Of a stretch of 64,000 bases of DNA, positions 14,076-28,500 are shown piece after piece; position 1 is the stretch's first letter; the number at the start of each line of letters is the position of its first letter. The stretch covers positions 2,381,696 to 2,445,695 of the forward strand of contig MU058540.1 of NCBI GenBank assembly GCA_013265495.1. The letters run 5' to 3'. The position numbers and the translations under genes are program-made. Source of the DNA: Vicugna vicugna (taxonomy: Eukaryota). Under the pieces are notes generated by a model that was not told the origin of the DNA, searched no databases, and saw only the letters and a list, made by a program, of their open reading frames with translations.

Positions 14076-17000
14076 CTGAATTTTAAATTTTATTACATAT
14101 TCTTTAGATTTCATTTAAATTTAATCACATGTGATTACTGGTATGGTATTAGACCATGCAGTTTTAATCTCTGCAACCTTCTTATTCTACCTTTGTCTTA
14201 TTTTTTTGTGATTAGTCTTCCTGAGGGAATCTTTTGTTAACCAGTTGTTAACAATCCCTGGAGTTCCCCTGGAGATACACTCTTTTGTCTTAAAGCCAAT
14301 TATATTTATTAAAGTTAGAAATTATTCTTGTTTGCAACTTTGCAAAAACCTTCCACATAGCTCAAAAATAGTCCTTTTTTTTTTTTAAAGTAGACCCCTT
14401 CCTTATAAGTCTGGTTGACAGGGTGTGTGTATCAAGTGGACACACCAGAAGAGAGCTTTACATTCGAAGAGAGTGAGGATACAGAATGTCTCTTCAGGTA
14501 TAGTGCTAACTTATTTCAAAAACTGTTGGTTTTGAAAAGAATGAGCCAGTTGGACAATGTTATTACTAACAATTAACAGTCTGCAGGCCAAGGAAGAGAG
14601 AAAATGAGCTTTGTAGCCCTGTTACACATCAAATACTGTTTTCTCCTCCAGAGTTCTCAGCCTTGGCTCACTGTTATTTTCCTTTTCTAGGTAATCAAAT
14701 GAATTTCCTTCTTGTGTAAATTTTTTTCCTTTCATTTTAATAGCAATAGTACTCCTGAGATATTAACTAGAAGATCATGAGGCTCTTGCCATCAGCTTGT
14801 TGTCCTACTCCATAGGAACTTTCCTTGTGTATTAAATTTGCTCCTTAATTCTACTTTATCCATTTCTTCTTATTTTTAAAAATCAGTCATACTCCACACA
14901 TTAAAAGCAAGTGTCCTAATAAATGTTGGAGAAGAAAAATATTTTATTAGGTCATTTGCCTTTTCTTCTCTAACTTGAGAATACATTTCCCCAGAAAAGG
15001 CTAGAAATCTCAGGATTGTCCACAAACCTAAAGTACCTTAAGAAATCTTTTTGTATGTGACAGCGAAAATGACTGTTTTAATGAGCAAAAAGAGAAGGAA
15101 GTAGGCTGAGTCCCATTCTAGTCCATCCTGTCTGTCACCAGGAGGGTCGGCTAACCCTCCACAGGTCAGCGTTCCAGTTGACCCCATGTGGGTTTTTTAA
15201 ATTGAGAACTGCTGTGCACAGGCAGCACTGGTCACAGGCAGGTTCTGCATATGGTTCAGCCCTCCAGCCTTCAGGGGTTTTCTAGGAGTTGCCTAGAGCA
15301 CGTAGAAGTGAATAGAATATCCCTCTTTCACTTTCCCTCTGAATACCCATTACCTTTAAGTGTTTTTCCTCATCTAACTCCTTCTGGCTACCTTTTACTT
15401 TTGTTACAAAAGACCGAGTCTGTAGAGTAATCTTAGGCCTAAGTTGTTGTTTTAGGAAGAATCAGGAGACTTATGATTTTAATTTTGACATTGTGATCAT
15501 TAAAACACATTTTTAGCTAACAGTAAAAATATATGCTATCTAGGAAAAAACAGGGTTAAACCTGTAAAGAACGATGGCTTGCTGTGGAAATAACTAATTG
15601 TCATAATGTGGTAAATTTTGCTTTGCTCTGCTTATATAGCTACTTGAAGCTCCTTCTGGCCTTAACTGCCTGGACAAATTGTAGTGGCCTTACAGTAGCT
15701 GGCATTATTGGAAGACTGACCTGTATTTCAATGGATTTGCCAGCTCTTGGAGAACCTATGGTGATTTCTTCTGAGGTTTGCATGCTTTGACTTCCTTCAT
15801 GCAAGTGCTTTTAACTACTGAGTAGATTTTTATTTTGCATTGTGTGTTTACTAATCTCCTAAGTATTGGCTGTCATGCTGTACCAACTCTCTTTATCTAT
15901 AGCCCTTACACACTTATTGCACTATTTTGTACACTCTTTATGGCGTAAATACTTCAAATGGAGTGTTTGCATATGAAATGAAACAGCTTTTCTTGACTTC
16001 TCTTTTTGTATGTAGACTTTCCAATATAGTCATTCTAGATTTTTGAGGGGCAAGGTGGAGGGGTGGAGCTGAGTTGAAAAGCATATTACAGGAAGTCTTT
16101 TCAAATTAATCAACATTTATTGAGCTACTCAGTGGAAGGTACTGGAGATAAGGTGGTACCTGTCCTCCAAACCAGAATGATCATACTCAGTGGAAAGTGT
16201 TTTAGGAGTTACTTAAACAAGTGTCTACTCTCTGATCATAAAACAAGATGGAGTGATAAAAATACTATAATAGAGGTGTAAATAGATTATTGAGAAGAAG
16301 CAGAGAAAATTCAAACTCAAGATATCCAGGAAGACTTCATGAGAGAGTTCTTGTTTGAACAGAACATTGAGGAATAAAGAAGAAGAGAAAAGATTTGGTA
16401 GGAGGGGAGGATGGAGGGTATTCCTGTTTGTTACTTGAATAAGTAAGAAGTTGGAAGCTTAAAATTGTCTGCATTATCTGGTGTGAGTTGAAGGACTGAG
16501 TGCATTAAGGAATAATAGTCTGAGAGAGAGTCAGAAAAGAGACTTGATGCCAAATCAGGGAAGACCATGAATGCGAGGCTGAGGAACTGGTGCTTTATTC
16601 TTCAGGCCTGAGATTGTTTCATACTGGCTAAGGTGGGAGAAAGACATGGGGTACCCCAAATCATTGCTGTAGTGCCCACTGTGACCCGGGTGGGTAGCAT
16701 ACTTTTCAGATATGTTGGGGTAAAGTTGAGAAAGGCAGTTGAGAAACTCACAGCCCAGAGTCTTCTGTCTTCCTCAGAGGGAGTATAAAACTTGAGTCTC
16801 ATTTTCAGCAGTCAGAAGTCTCTTCAAGAGTACCAGTCTCAACAGCATTATTTCTAGAGATTAGATTTGATATATATATATTGTCAAACTACATATTTGA
16901 GAATTTAAGTGGTCCAGTTTTAAACTTTTTTTTGACAACATCTTGAACTAAAATTGACATTTTAACCTCCAGGACACATTGATTTTTGCCATTTGCAGAT

Positions 17001-17100
17001 GACAAAATTCTCTACTATTGATTCAGAAGTAAGTTCTGTGAGTGGACTTGCTTTAGTTTATCCTTGTTTTCTGTAGAGCCTAAGTTGTTTGGGTCTAGGA

Positions 17101-17305
17101 TGGGGTTCTGCAAACCTTTTCTTAAAGGGCCAGATAGTAAATCTTAGGCTTTGGGAACCATAAGATTTCTGTGGTAAGTAACCACTCAGTTCTGTGGTGT
17201 AGGATGGAAGCGGCCACAGACAGCACGTAGACAAGTGGGCGTGGCTGTGTTCCAGTACAACTTTATCTTCAAAATGGGCGGCAGGTTGGGGTTTGCTGAC
17301 TCCTG
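17101..17305. mobile_element. MER58-like hAT MITE
   Basis: Ends ggggttctgcaaac / gtttgctgactcctg; internal aagggccagatagtaaat and gggcgtggctgtgttcca; flanked by gtctag. Confidence 0.75.
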
Positions 17306-17489
17306 TCTAGAATTTTCTTCCATTTAAGCCAATTTCATCTGGGGCAAGATACTATTGCATAACTTAATTCCTGTAACTAAGTCAACTATGGCTTCCAGAG
17401 GCCATTATTTTTAAGTTACACTGTCCTGCCTTCGTATGTATAATCATAAACAGAAATATGTTCTTCCATTCTCTATCCTGCTGTACCTT

Positions 17490-17790
17490 CTCAAATATTT
17501 TGAGTGCCCACCATGTACCAGATGTTAGGCTAAACACTGAGGATAAATGGTGACCAGGCAGAGTGGCCTGTCTCCTCGTGGAGGTAACAGACAGTAAAGC
17601 AAACCAAGTAATTATAGATTGTGATGAGCATGGTGATGTTTTCCAGCATCGTGTGGCGATAGAGAACAGCAGGGAAGCCAAGCTGGAGGGCAGTGCTTCT
17701 GTAGAGTGTTGTGGGGAAGCCCTTCTGAGGAGGTGAAGTTTAAGCTGAGACCTGACACTGAGAAGGATCTGATCCTTCAGGAATCAGAAG
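17490..17790 (-). mobile_element. L2 fragment
   Basis: aaatattttgagtgcccaccatgtaccagatg...gaggaggtgaagtttaagctgagacctga. Confidence 0.6.
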
Positions 17791-18650
17791 ATAGTCATCT
17801 TCTCCTCCTTTTCCCTCTGAATATCAATACAGACAAGGACAAACTATGCAAATTTTCACAGAGAATATTGAAAGGTATTTGATAAGATTTTTTTCTCTTA
17901 GCTTTTTAGGCAAGTCTAAAAGCAGTAAGAACAAATTGAAAGTTTGTGTCTTCTGGTTAATACATGCACATATTTAATATACATAGAAGCGTTGACTACC
18001 ACAATAAAGGTTTGGGCATTGTGGCCTGTTATTTAGAGCTTTGGGGATATGTGAGGTTTGTCAGTGCATTTATAAGGTTGAAGCCGCATGCAAACTGTGT
18101 TACTATGGAGCTCCTAAAGAATGTGCAGATGTAGTGGGTAGTGGGGCCCTCTGCTGGCTGACTATCGCTCACAGTTCTCTGCCTACCATAGCCAGTTTAG
18201 ATGGAGAGGTTTTCTGGAGGACATGCTCAAGTGGTTGGGCCCCGGGATCTTCACAGACCCCTGTCATATTACAGGCTCCTAAGGTCAGGCATTAGGAGAA
18301 CATTCACGGGTAGGCTTATACATCCTTGGCTCCTGTGCTCTCTGCTTTTTTCCTTCTCTGTGGCCCTCTGCTGACCAGTGTTCTTTGCTTGACTGGCTAC
18401 TGATGCTTTGGTGGATGGTGAGGAGGTAGGTGCGAGCTGAGCATATGGACTGTGTGAAGCTTTTGTGTTTTCACACGCTGTCTTTGGCAGCTAAGTACCC
18501 AGCTACAGTTGCTATACTTTACTGATAGGGGGTGTTGATAGATGCACAAAATGAATATAAGCCAGACATGTGTGTGGTAGCATTTTGAATCTTTGTACAG
18601 GAGGAGCATGTTCTACTTGAAGTGACCGTCCTGCAGAAGCCTTGACCTAG

Positions 18651-18869
<219 letters not shown>

Positions 18870-21800
18870 TAATGCTTTGATTGTAATTATCTGCCCTGTT
18901 GGGAGCCTCTGCCACTTGCCTTCCGTCAGTCTGTACTTTGGCCTGGGTATGTTTGTAAGCATGTGCGCCCTTTGTGTGCTGACCTCCAGGATGAAGTGTA
19001 AGAGTGTGTGTGTGTGTTTACCTGCCCGCTCACATGCATGAGTGTGTTTTGTTTCTTCTCTATCTGGGTGTGTAATACTAGATCATGGAGCTTGTACTGG
19101 GTAATAGTATTCTAATAAATGAGATTTGAGATTCTAATTCATTCCAAGAGATTAATGGAAAATTTCCTGTCTCTATCCTCTAGCCCTGACTTCATCTTTC
19201 TCAAAGTTTCACATAAGCTCAAAGGCTCTTTTCACTTTTTGGTTAGTGTTTGTTCTCAGAGCATGAGCTTCACCATGTATTAATATAGCTTTATCACTAA
19301 AAGAATGAAATGTGCGTTGTTTGCACTCTAGTGCCCTTTCCAGAAGTTACTTGCCTTTTATTGTTTTAGAATAGACAACTCACACATCCTGTGTAAGGTG
19401 TCTAGTCCTAGCAGGGGCCCCTCCTACCAGTCTCCAGACTATTGCAGGTAACAGCCCCACTCTCCTGATATCTCAGATCCACGGGAGTGGGGCTGTAAAT
19501 CCCTGAAAAGCCATGGGAATGTGACTCTGGTTTACTTTGGTTCTTATTTCCTGTTGTTGGTCATTTTCTTGAGCCAGAGACCTGAGATCATAATAGCCCA
19601 GTCTTTCTCCCTTTTCCCTTCTGTCTGATGCCAGGCAGTTGGATAAAAGGGAAAAGGAGCTCTGGAGCCAAGCTCCAGTTGTGCATTCCTGGATTCTCCT
19701 CCCAGCGTTTCTGACTGAAGGGGTACCTTTGCCCAGTAGCCAGAAGCAGGCTTGAGCAGGTGAGTTTGAACAGTTCATAATCTCTTTGACAAAATAAAGA
19801 TTATTGTCATCTTGTTACATACTTTCCTCAAAAGGACCACAAAACCCAGTATACTTACGAATTTCCACTCTGGCAGATGTAAGAAAATGTGCTGGCTCTA
19901 TTTTGTTTTGTTTCTTTGCTTATTTAAGATGAGGAAGCAAAGGCACGGAAAGGCTGTGACTTGCCCGAGTCATGCACTGAGTCAACTTGGCAGAGCTGAG
20001 CATAGATCCCAGATGTTCTGATAATATGGGGTAAACGTTAATCTGATGTGATTGCACACTGTTTGGAAAGTCATTGTCAGAGTTATTGACCACAATGTCA
20101 GCCTGAAGGAGTGTTTTCTTTTGCTTTATGAAGTGCAGAGGCTGAGTTGGAGTGAATCAAGGAAGATGTGGGATGATGCCTAGAGAATACAGTGCTTTTT
20201 TGTTTTAAATCCATTTGCTTAGAAAGATTGGTTGATAGAGAGGACATGGGGGCAAGAGAGTGGGGCTGGGAAGGAGCTCGGTTTAGTAATGAATCTAATG
20301 GATGGTGCTTATGAGACCAAGATAGAAACTCCATTCCCTGACTGGGATGGCTACTAGCAGCTCTTTCTCAGTCTTCTCACCCACCCTCAACCATCTGCCC
20401 TGTAGATATGTGCTGTTAGTCACAAGAATTTCTAAAAGGAGAAGTATGGGTAAAAGGATAGTATTTACCTATCATTAATCCATCATTTATTTTTAAGAAA
20501 GAAACAACACTAACTGCCTGACCTTATAATAAAATGTCTATATCTTATGTGAAATAAGGCACGTCACCTATTTCAACAGCTCTAGTATCGAGTTGGGCAT
20601 AATGAAATTGAGTACCAGCATACAGAACTTACTCACATAACATTGTATTGAGTATGGGGAAAAGAGTTTTATTCCCCCCCTACATAGTTATGGCAAGTGC
20701 ATAAAAGTAGTTTAAACAGTCAAAGGGGTAGACAAGATTGATTTCATGTTAGTGAAATACCAAATACCAGTTTATCTTGAAGCACATGATATGTGGAACA
20801 CATGATGTGTAAATAGCAAAGCCAGATGATTAAAATTGTTTAAAGCTTTTAAAAATTAAAACAAAAATTCATTAGTTAAAGAATGTAGTAAACAGAGGAA
20901 GCCAGTAGGTTTCGTTACTCCTGGAAAGTAGTGAAGAAGTGATGCCATTATTTATTGATTGATAGAAACTCAGTCAGTAAAAAGAGTAGGACGTTCTGAG
21001 TAATAGATTGCAGTAATAGATGGACAGACTGAGAACAAGTTACCATGTGCCATGAGAAAGGGCATAAATAGGTCATGATGGATGGCTAAGGACAGAGAAC
21101 TTTTTTTTTCTTTAGGTTGGTGACTCAGTACCTATAGTAATCAATGAAAGGACAAAAAAAATCATATTAAGAAAGCAAAAGCCCTTTCACTGACCCACTC
21201 TTACATTTTTCTCTAGAAATATATTCTTCCTAACCTCCTGACAAGAAGGGGATATAGTAATCTATTTGACTAAAGGAGACAATAACAGAAAATGTACCAG
21301 CCAAGTTACTGTTCACAGGAAAGAAGAGAGAGGTGGCAGGATTTTTAACATTTTAAAACCCAACTGGTATTCAGCTATTGCTGGTTTACTTAGTGACCAC
21401 TTTTTGTTCTCTCTGGGCGTGTTAAGTACTGTTTGTTATGTAATTTACATAGAGGTAAATCTAAACTTTTTTGTGAGAATGTTAAAAAAACTTTATACCA
21501 CCTTTTGCATTTGTTGACCTCTGTCTTTGGGCCCAGGGAGCATGAAAGGCTGGGTGGAGCTCATGGTCCCTACCCTTCCCTCAGAGCCAGCCTTAAACAT
21601 GTGTTTGTAGTAATCTGGCCTCTAGGAAATTTGCATTCAGGGGATGAGCTAAGTAGAAAAATTATTGTGGGGAGCCACAAACTAGTGGAACTGCTTGATT
21701 AGGGTACTTACTGAAGATGAATCTACAACTGAAGGAGGGATTAATAGGTAACAAGAAGGAGTATGAAAAGGTTCTTGTGTTGAGGATTTAAAAAATCCAG

Positions 21801-22737
21801 TCACTTCTGCTTTAATAAGAACACATAATAAACTAACAGCTCTTGTAATGTTTGAGAAGGGGGATGTGTTAAAATTGATGGGACAGCTATAAAAGAGGGG
21901 TTTGGAGTACAGCTTCCTTATATGCTTGTATATTTGGAAGACCTCATAGTTCTGCCCTTGTCAGATCTTGCAGGGTGTTTTGCCAGCTTCCTCCCACCTG
22001 TTGTTAAGTGAAGTCAGTCTGTTAACTTGTTAATGAGACTTGTGGTAGAAATCACTGTGGCATGCAATAATACAGTCAGCAGCCAGTGACTTCTATTTTG
22101 TCTTTGCCATTAGCGTCTAACTTTCCCCCATCTCCCCTTTCTTCACTTATCGTTGTGTGTTTGTGGCATGTATTTTAAATGTACTGCTACTAATGTCTTA
22201 TCAACCCACACACCCACCTAGGTCTCACATTAGAAGGGGTGGTACTTTGGGGAATCACCAGAATCTGTGCTACAAAAATTTAACCTGTACCTTTGAATGA
22301 ATATACCGGACATTTTATTTTGTCCACAGTTGAGTCAGAATTTCCTGAATTATCTCCATTTACCCCACAAACAAACAGATTTTGGCCATCAGTGCTTGAA
22401 AACAGTTCTCTGGCTGGCATCCTGGATCAAGGGGCAGTCTCTTTCCAGGGAGCCTAAAATATTTAATGTTAAAGATGATGCTAAAACCAAAGAAAATTTT
22501 TCCTCTCTGCATGGTCGTTTACTGGCTATATGCCTACTAACTTTCATGCCATTCTCAGAAGCATGCTTTAACATGTGGCCTTGGGCTCTGGCCTGGGGTG
22601 GGTGGGATGGGTGGGGAGTAGGGTTCTTTTGTTTGTTTGTTTGTTTGGGGGTGGCTTTTTGGCCTCTTCAAAAACTTGAGTTGAAAGTTATATTTTGCAC
22701 TGTGTGTTTAACAATGCCCTTGACTAGGCATCTAAAG

Positions 22738-22817
22738 ATATTAACCAGCTTCAGCAGATTATGCGTCTGACGGGGACTCCCCCTGCTTATCTCATTAACA
22801 GGATGCCAAGCCATGAG
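22738..22817 (+). CDS. MAPK14: p38-alpha mutually exclusive exon 9b (CSBP1-type)
   Basis: U12 branch CCCTTGAC 22717-22724, ctaaag|...|gtgaga, 80 bp; (H)INQLQQIMRLTGTPPAYLINRMPSHE. Confidence 0.95.
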
Positions 22818-25201
22818 GTGAGAACAAATAGACTGTACAGGGATATCTAACTCAGAAGGCCACATTCTCATTTTATTGTCACTGTATAACCAACACAGTT
22901 TTTAATGTCACCGAATGCTTGCATGTGCCTTGGGGGCTACTAAGGCAGTTTACTGCCTATGTGCTATTACAAGACGTTGACATTTGGGATAAAATGTCAT
23001 CCAATCCTGTGGATTGAGAGTTTAATTTATAGGCTTGTACATAGAAAATGATGTTACTTTTATATGTGAGCTTTATGAATTTAGTTCTCAAGAGGAGTTT
23101 CGTGTTTTCCTAAGGTTCTATGCCTGCAGTTAGGGCATGCTACCATCGAATCACCTTTGGCTGGACGTGGATTAGCTGATGGCCTTTATCTTGCTTTACT
23201 ATTCATCCATTTTTTTTAATGACCAAAGAGGGGGTCTTCATTTAAAAAAAAAACAATTAAAATATCCAAAGCTGTTAGTACTGTATTTAAAATACACAAA
23301 TAATATAGGAGACATAAGAACACTTAGGTAAGGTTAGGTGCCTTCTTTACCAGTGATTAACTGCTTAATCTAACTCTAGTTTTGTCATCAGAGATGATTG
23401 GGTCACTTCTTTTTAAGGTGCCCTTAATCTTTTTGGGAATCAGGTTGGCAACACAGAGGCCCTTCCCAGCAGCTTTGTTTCTATGTCAGCTGTATTCAGC
23501 TAGTCTTTTTATTTACCTTATTAGAGGGATGACTGTTCTCTGCATGAGACAGGTCTCTCTTACCTCTGTTTTCCTTTCATTCTCTTATCTACATTCTCAA
23601 ATAAGAAGGGATTACAGCCATACTGATACTTAATTCCTAGAGCTTTCTTTTCAGATCAGAAATTTATATAAAAATTTATATAAATTTATATTACATACAT
23701 TTATGAATTTATATAAATAAAGGATAAAGAAGGTAAAGTTGCCCTAGCAGCCATAACTTTTCCTAACCTTGTATGTGTGTACATATACATACATACATAC
23801 ATACATACATGTACACACATGCATATCTTTACCATCGAGCTGTATTAAAAACACGAATTTGAAAAAGGTACTTAAGATAGATTCAAAGAAGTTTTATCTC
23901 AACTACTCAGATGGACTGATAGTGGGGTTTATTCTTCGAAACAGGGAAGGTCACATAGACATGGTTTAATACCTAATATCTGAAGCATGCATGTATCAGT
24001 TACATTTGTGTTTATACGATTATTCTCAAGACTATTTTTTGTTTTTGCCTTGATTAGAGTTATCATTCCTTGAAAGTATTTAGCACTGTAAGTTCCTTAG
24101 AATGAAGTTCAGAAATAATCAAGTGGAAACATCCTTAGAAAATGAGAGCAGGCTTCCCTTTCTAAAGGCGGCAGTAATAGAAGCTAAATAGCGGCTTGAT
24201 CTCGCTCTGAACCAAGTACCGTCCTAAGGAGGTGTTGGTTTGTTTCTCTAATCCTCACTCCAGCCCTGTAGATAGATAAAGCCCTTTTTTTAGATGAAGA
24301 ACTCAAGACTTAAAGTAAGTAACTTACCCAAAGTGATAGAGTCAAGATTCAAACTCAAGCCTGTCCCACCCCAGGGATCCAACTTATAAAAACTATATTG
24401 GCAGTATAAATGTTTTTTGTTTCAGAATTTTAGTTGGAAACTCTTTGATGATTTTTATCTACCTGAATATCACAATAACCAGATGATATAGGCAAGCCAA
24501 ATACTAAGATCTAATACTAATACTTTACAGATTAGGTCATTGATATGCTAGTTAAGACTTGCCCAAGAAGATTTAGCTTATAAGTGACAGGGGAAGGATT
24601 TCTGTCTAGGCCATGTAACTTATAATCCACTCTTCTTAATTACTCTTATTAAATTAGTTTAGTATTTTTAAAAATGTGCTCGAACCTCTCAGAATAATAT
24701 ACTAAGCTTATGTTTACTTTCTTGTTACCAAGAGCATTTTGTTAGCAAGGTTTAATGCTGATATCCTTTTGATACACTAAGAACACCTATTGAGATTAGC
24801 ACCATAAAAAGATTGTTGGTCCTAGACTTTGTTTAGGAATACTAATCCCTGTGCCAATTTCAGCTTTTTTGGGAAGGCTGTCTCAGAAAGGGCTACTTCT
24901 TAGATATCTTGGCCTCATTTTTTTAAACTTCTGATCCTATGACTAGAATGCTAATGAAAGGGAACTTAGTTGGTTTGCATTCTCGTTCACTTGAGATGTA
25001 ACTGTGAGAGAAGAACGGCAGGGGTAAGTAATGGTGATGATCAGAAATGAGGCAGTTAGGATGGCAGTCAGAGAGGAGTGTTTAATGAATATCAGACATT
25101 CATAGACAGTGAAGCTGCAGGACTCTGTCAGTTAACACTTGCTCCTGGACAGGACCAAGACTCTTTGAGAGCAGTAATATTATTGAAAAGAGCCATTTTG
25201 A

Positions 25202-25324
<123 letters not shown>

Positions 25325-27879
25325 TGAATATTGAATTGGTTATGACATAAATTAGGGATTTGAGGAAGTTTTTCCCTTATTTAGTCCCTATATTTTATCC
25401 CTAAATATAGTGCCATTAATTAAATGTTGGAAGGTAGTAAGTAATACCATTTAATATCTATGTTCATTAATCTCATGACCTACTTATGTATTTCTATGAT
25501 CACAGAATTTGATAGGGACGTAGGCTGGTACAGGGGAGAAAGTAATGGGAATGTTGGAGAAATGATTGAGGGGCACAGGAAGAAAGAGGTGCAGAGGAAA
25601 GCCTGTGACTCATTCACTCGTACCTTGTCCCAGCTGAGGGTGAAAACCACTGAAGCACAGGTGGGTGTTCAGTGGACCCACCGGGGCACTCCCTGCAGTG
25701 CGCTTCCCAGTGCTCAGGTCCTGTAATCCTCATGTACTTCTCCCTCCGCTTCTTCTCCTTGGGCCCTTCAGAGACTTAGCCATCCTCTCTTCTTTGTGGA
25801 GCTAATTTGCCAGGTCAGACTTTAAGGATGGCTCCATATTCCTTCCCCCACCATTACTTCCAGGGTCTTTGGCAAAGGGACGTGACAGTGGCAGCTTCAG
25901 TGGTGTATTGCCTGGGCTAAAAAAGGAGTTGCTTTATCCCTTAAAACTGGGGGCTGATGTGTACTTCATTTGGTCCCCCAAAAGTGGCATTGCCTGATGC
26001 TCTAATTCCCTGACTCTAGGAGAACACAAGGGACAGTGCTATTTCATGGGAGACAGAAAAATCAGAACAGGACCTCCCTATGATGGGGAGGGGAACAGCA
26101 CTATGGTATTGGTACCATCAACCTTCTCACTTTTTTGAAGGTTGTATCTTAGAGGTATGTTTTTAAATCCCAGTTTGGATCATCCCTCTGCTGAAGGGTC
26201 CCAGCAGCTGTGCTCCAGGTTTAGTTTTATCCTCCTGAGAGCTGACAGCCATGACAGCCTCTTCAGAAGTTGGAGTGAGGGCCAAGTGGCTTTACCTTTT
26301 TGAGTACTTCATCCATAGTGATTGCTGAGAGCAGTTTCAGTGTTACTGTGATAGTTCTTACAATAGCAGAGATGCTCACACTCACGTTCTTTGAAGTGTA
26401 GGGCATTTATGTATGAGTTCATGTTGGCCTTGGAGGTGGAGAGTATGTCAGATCTCAGCTGGGTCACTCTCACATCTAAGAATAAATCCACAAACTCATG
26501 AGAGGAGTACAGAATTCTACTGGGGTTGGTTTAGGTTTGCATCTGCCCTGGTATGTTCTCATTGATTTTGTGTGATGTATTTGTGCCGTATTATCTAGTT
26601 CAGGGGTCTGTGAGAAGCGTTCTTTGCGTTGTAGGTACTATAGGATGTTGGGAAATTAGGTTGTATGCTGGTAGCTTTCTTGTCTGTCATTCTGTTACGA
26701 ATTTTTTTTATCATATCAGCTCATGTTTTAGACATGACAGTGCTCACTGTCTGTGACTTCCTGATAGCCAACTCAGAGAGATTTGTTCATACATTTTTCT
26801 GGGGAAGGGGAAATATGTGTGTGTCCCAGCAGCTGATTTAGGTCACATCCATCCTGATAGATGCCCCCCCTTCTTTGGAATTATGACCTGTAAACATTCA
26901 AAAGAACTGGATACCACTTGGCAATATAGGCTGCGAGTGAGCTGAAGGAGGTTTTGGGCTATCTGCTGCTCAGCACTGCAGTTCTCAGACTTTAAACAGG
27001 CCTGACAGTGATGCACAGAGTCACTTCTTGCAGGCAGAACACAGTGTTACTGACCAAGAACTTGTGCCCAGCATATTAACTGAGCAGGAATGCACCAATG
27101 ATGTAAATATTGATGTCTCTGTTTTGTCCGTCACTCACTTCATGTTTCACCATTGTTCTTAAGATATGAAATAAAACTTAAATTGCCCTTTGATGTTGTG
27201 TATGTGTATCTGTCAGGATCTTAGAGGAATCTTTTTCTTACCCTAACCTTTTTTTTCAGTCAAGGTATTGGATATAAGGACATGGTCCTTTTTACCCTGG
27301 GGATGGCAAAGACCCATCATATGATCCAAACAACACCTGATAAGGTTATTTTTTCATGAAGAGAAGAATGTACATCTAGGCGATTTTCCCAGTGCTTTAA
27401 AGTGTAAACTTACGTACTTGACTTGACACATAAATACTCACTTTGTTTCTATATCTCTCTGAAACCCACATCTCTCCTTTGGATTACTCTGGATTTCAGG
27501 CTGCAGGACAGGGGTCTCTTACAGCCTCCAGTGTATGCAGCATAGAGCTTTTCAGCAAACAGTCTTCCCCTTCACCACCCATCCCTGCCCTCTTCCACTT
27601 TTAAGGAACTGTTTGTAAAGCCTCAGATGCCTTTGTTTCAGCAAAGTGATAACTGTGGTCATGGCAGTATTTGTCTTCCCAAAGTGCCACCATTCTGAAA
27701 CTCAGAACATTTATAAGATAGAATTAGAAAAAACACTATTTTGTGACCCCTAATGAAGTACTTGCTAGGAAGGAAAGCCAGTGGATGGTAAAAGCCATAA
27801 GTGAAAGAAACTGATACTCACCATGGTGCTGAAGTCTTGTTTGGGATAAAAAAGAAACATCTTAACCCAGTGGTCAAAT

Positions 27880-28500
27880 TCAGTATCATTATTAATGGGA
27901 CAGATGGCCTTAATTTACCATAAAGTACACAGCATCACCTGTGAAATATTCTTGCCAAAATTTTTAGATCCAACATAGTTTACAGAAGATACAAGGGATA
28001 GAGGAAAACAAGGACAGAGATATCACAATAGCACAGAGAAACAATCAGACAAATCCCTAATGATGAGTGTTTTCAAGACCACTGGAGGGTCTTTTCAGGT
28101 TAAAGTTAGGGGAAAATAGCATCCAGAGGTTGGGGGGTTATTCTAGAATTAAGAGATACAAAGGAAACTCAGTCAGATGTTGTGCATAGCCCTTGATTGG
28201 ATCCTGGGTTGACCAAACTAGGTATAAAAGACAATTTTGGGACAATCGGTGAAATGTTAACATGAACTGGATTTTAGATGATTTTTGGGAATTACATACT
28301 TGTCAGATATAGTAGTAGTTTTATGATTGTATAGGAAGCTGCCTTTATGCTGAAGTATTTAGCAGTAAAGTGTCATGTCTGTAATTTTAATTACAGACAG
28401 CAAAAAATATATACATAAAGAAATATAGAAGCTTAACTATTGGATATGGATGGTAGGCATATGCGTATTCACTGTCCTATTGTTTTGTATACTGACATTT
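27880..28500 (+). mobile_element. Ancient L1 (L1MC/ME-like) 3' remnant
   Basis: gcatcacctgtgaaatattcttgccaaaa...ccttgattggatcctgg...gacaattttgggacaat. Confidence 0.5.

Noticed and set aside
14667..14696. Polypyrimidine-TAG|GTAATC recursive-splice-like site
   Set aside because: The upstream donor is U12-type and incompatible with a U2 ratchet point; the intron is short for recursive splicing.
23660..23820. AT-rich palindrome AAATTTATATAAATTT (23672-23687) and (TACA)n tract
   Set aside because: Ordinary low-complexity slippage products.
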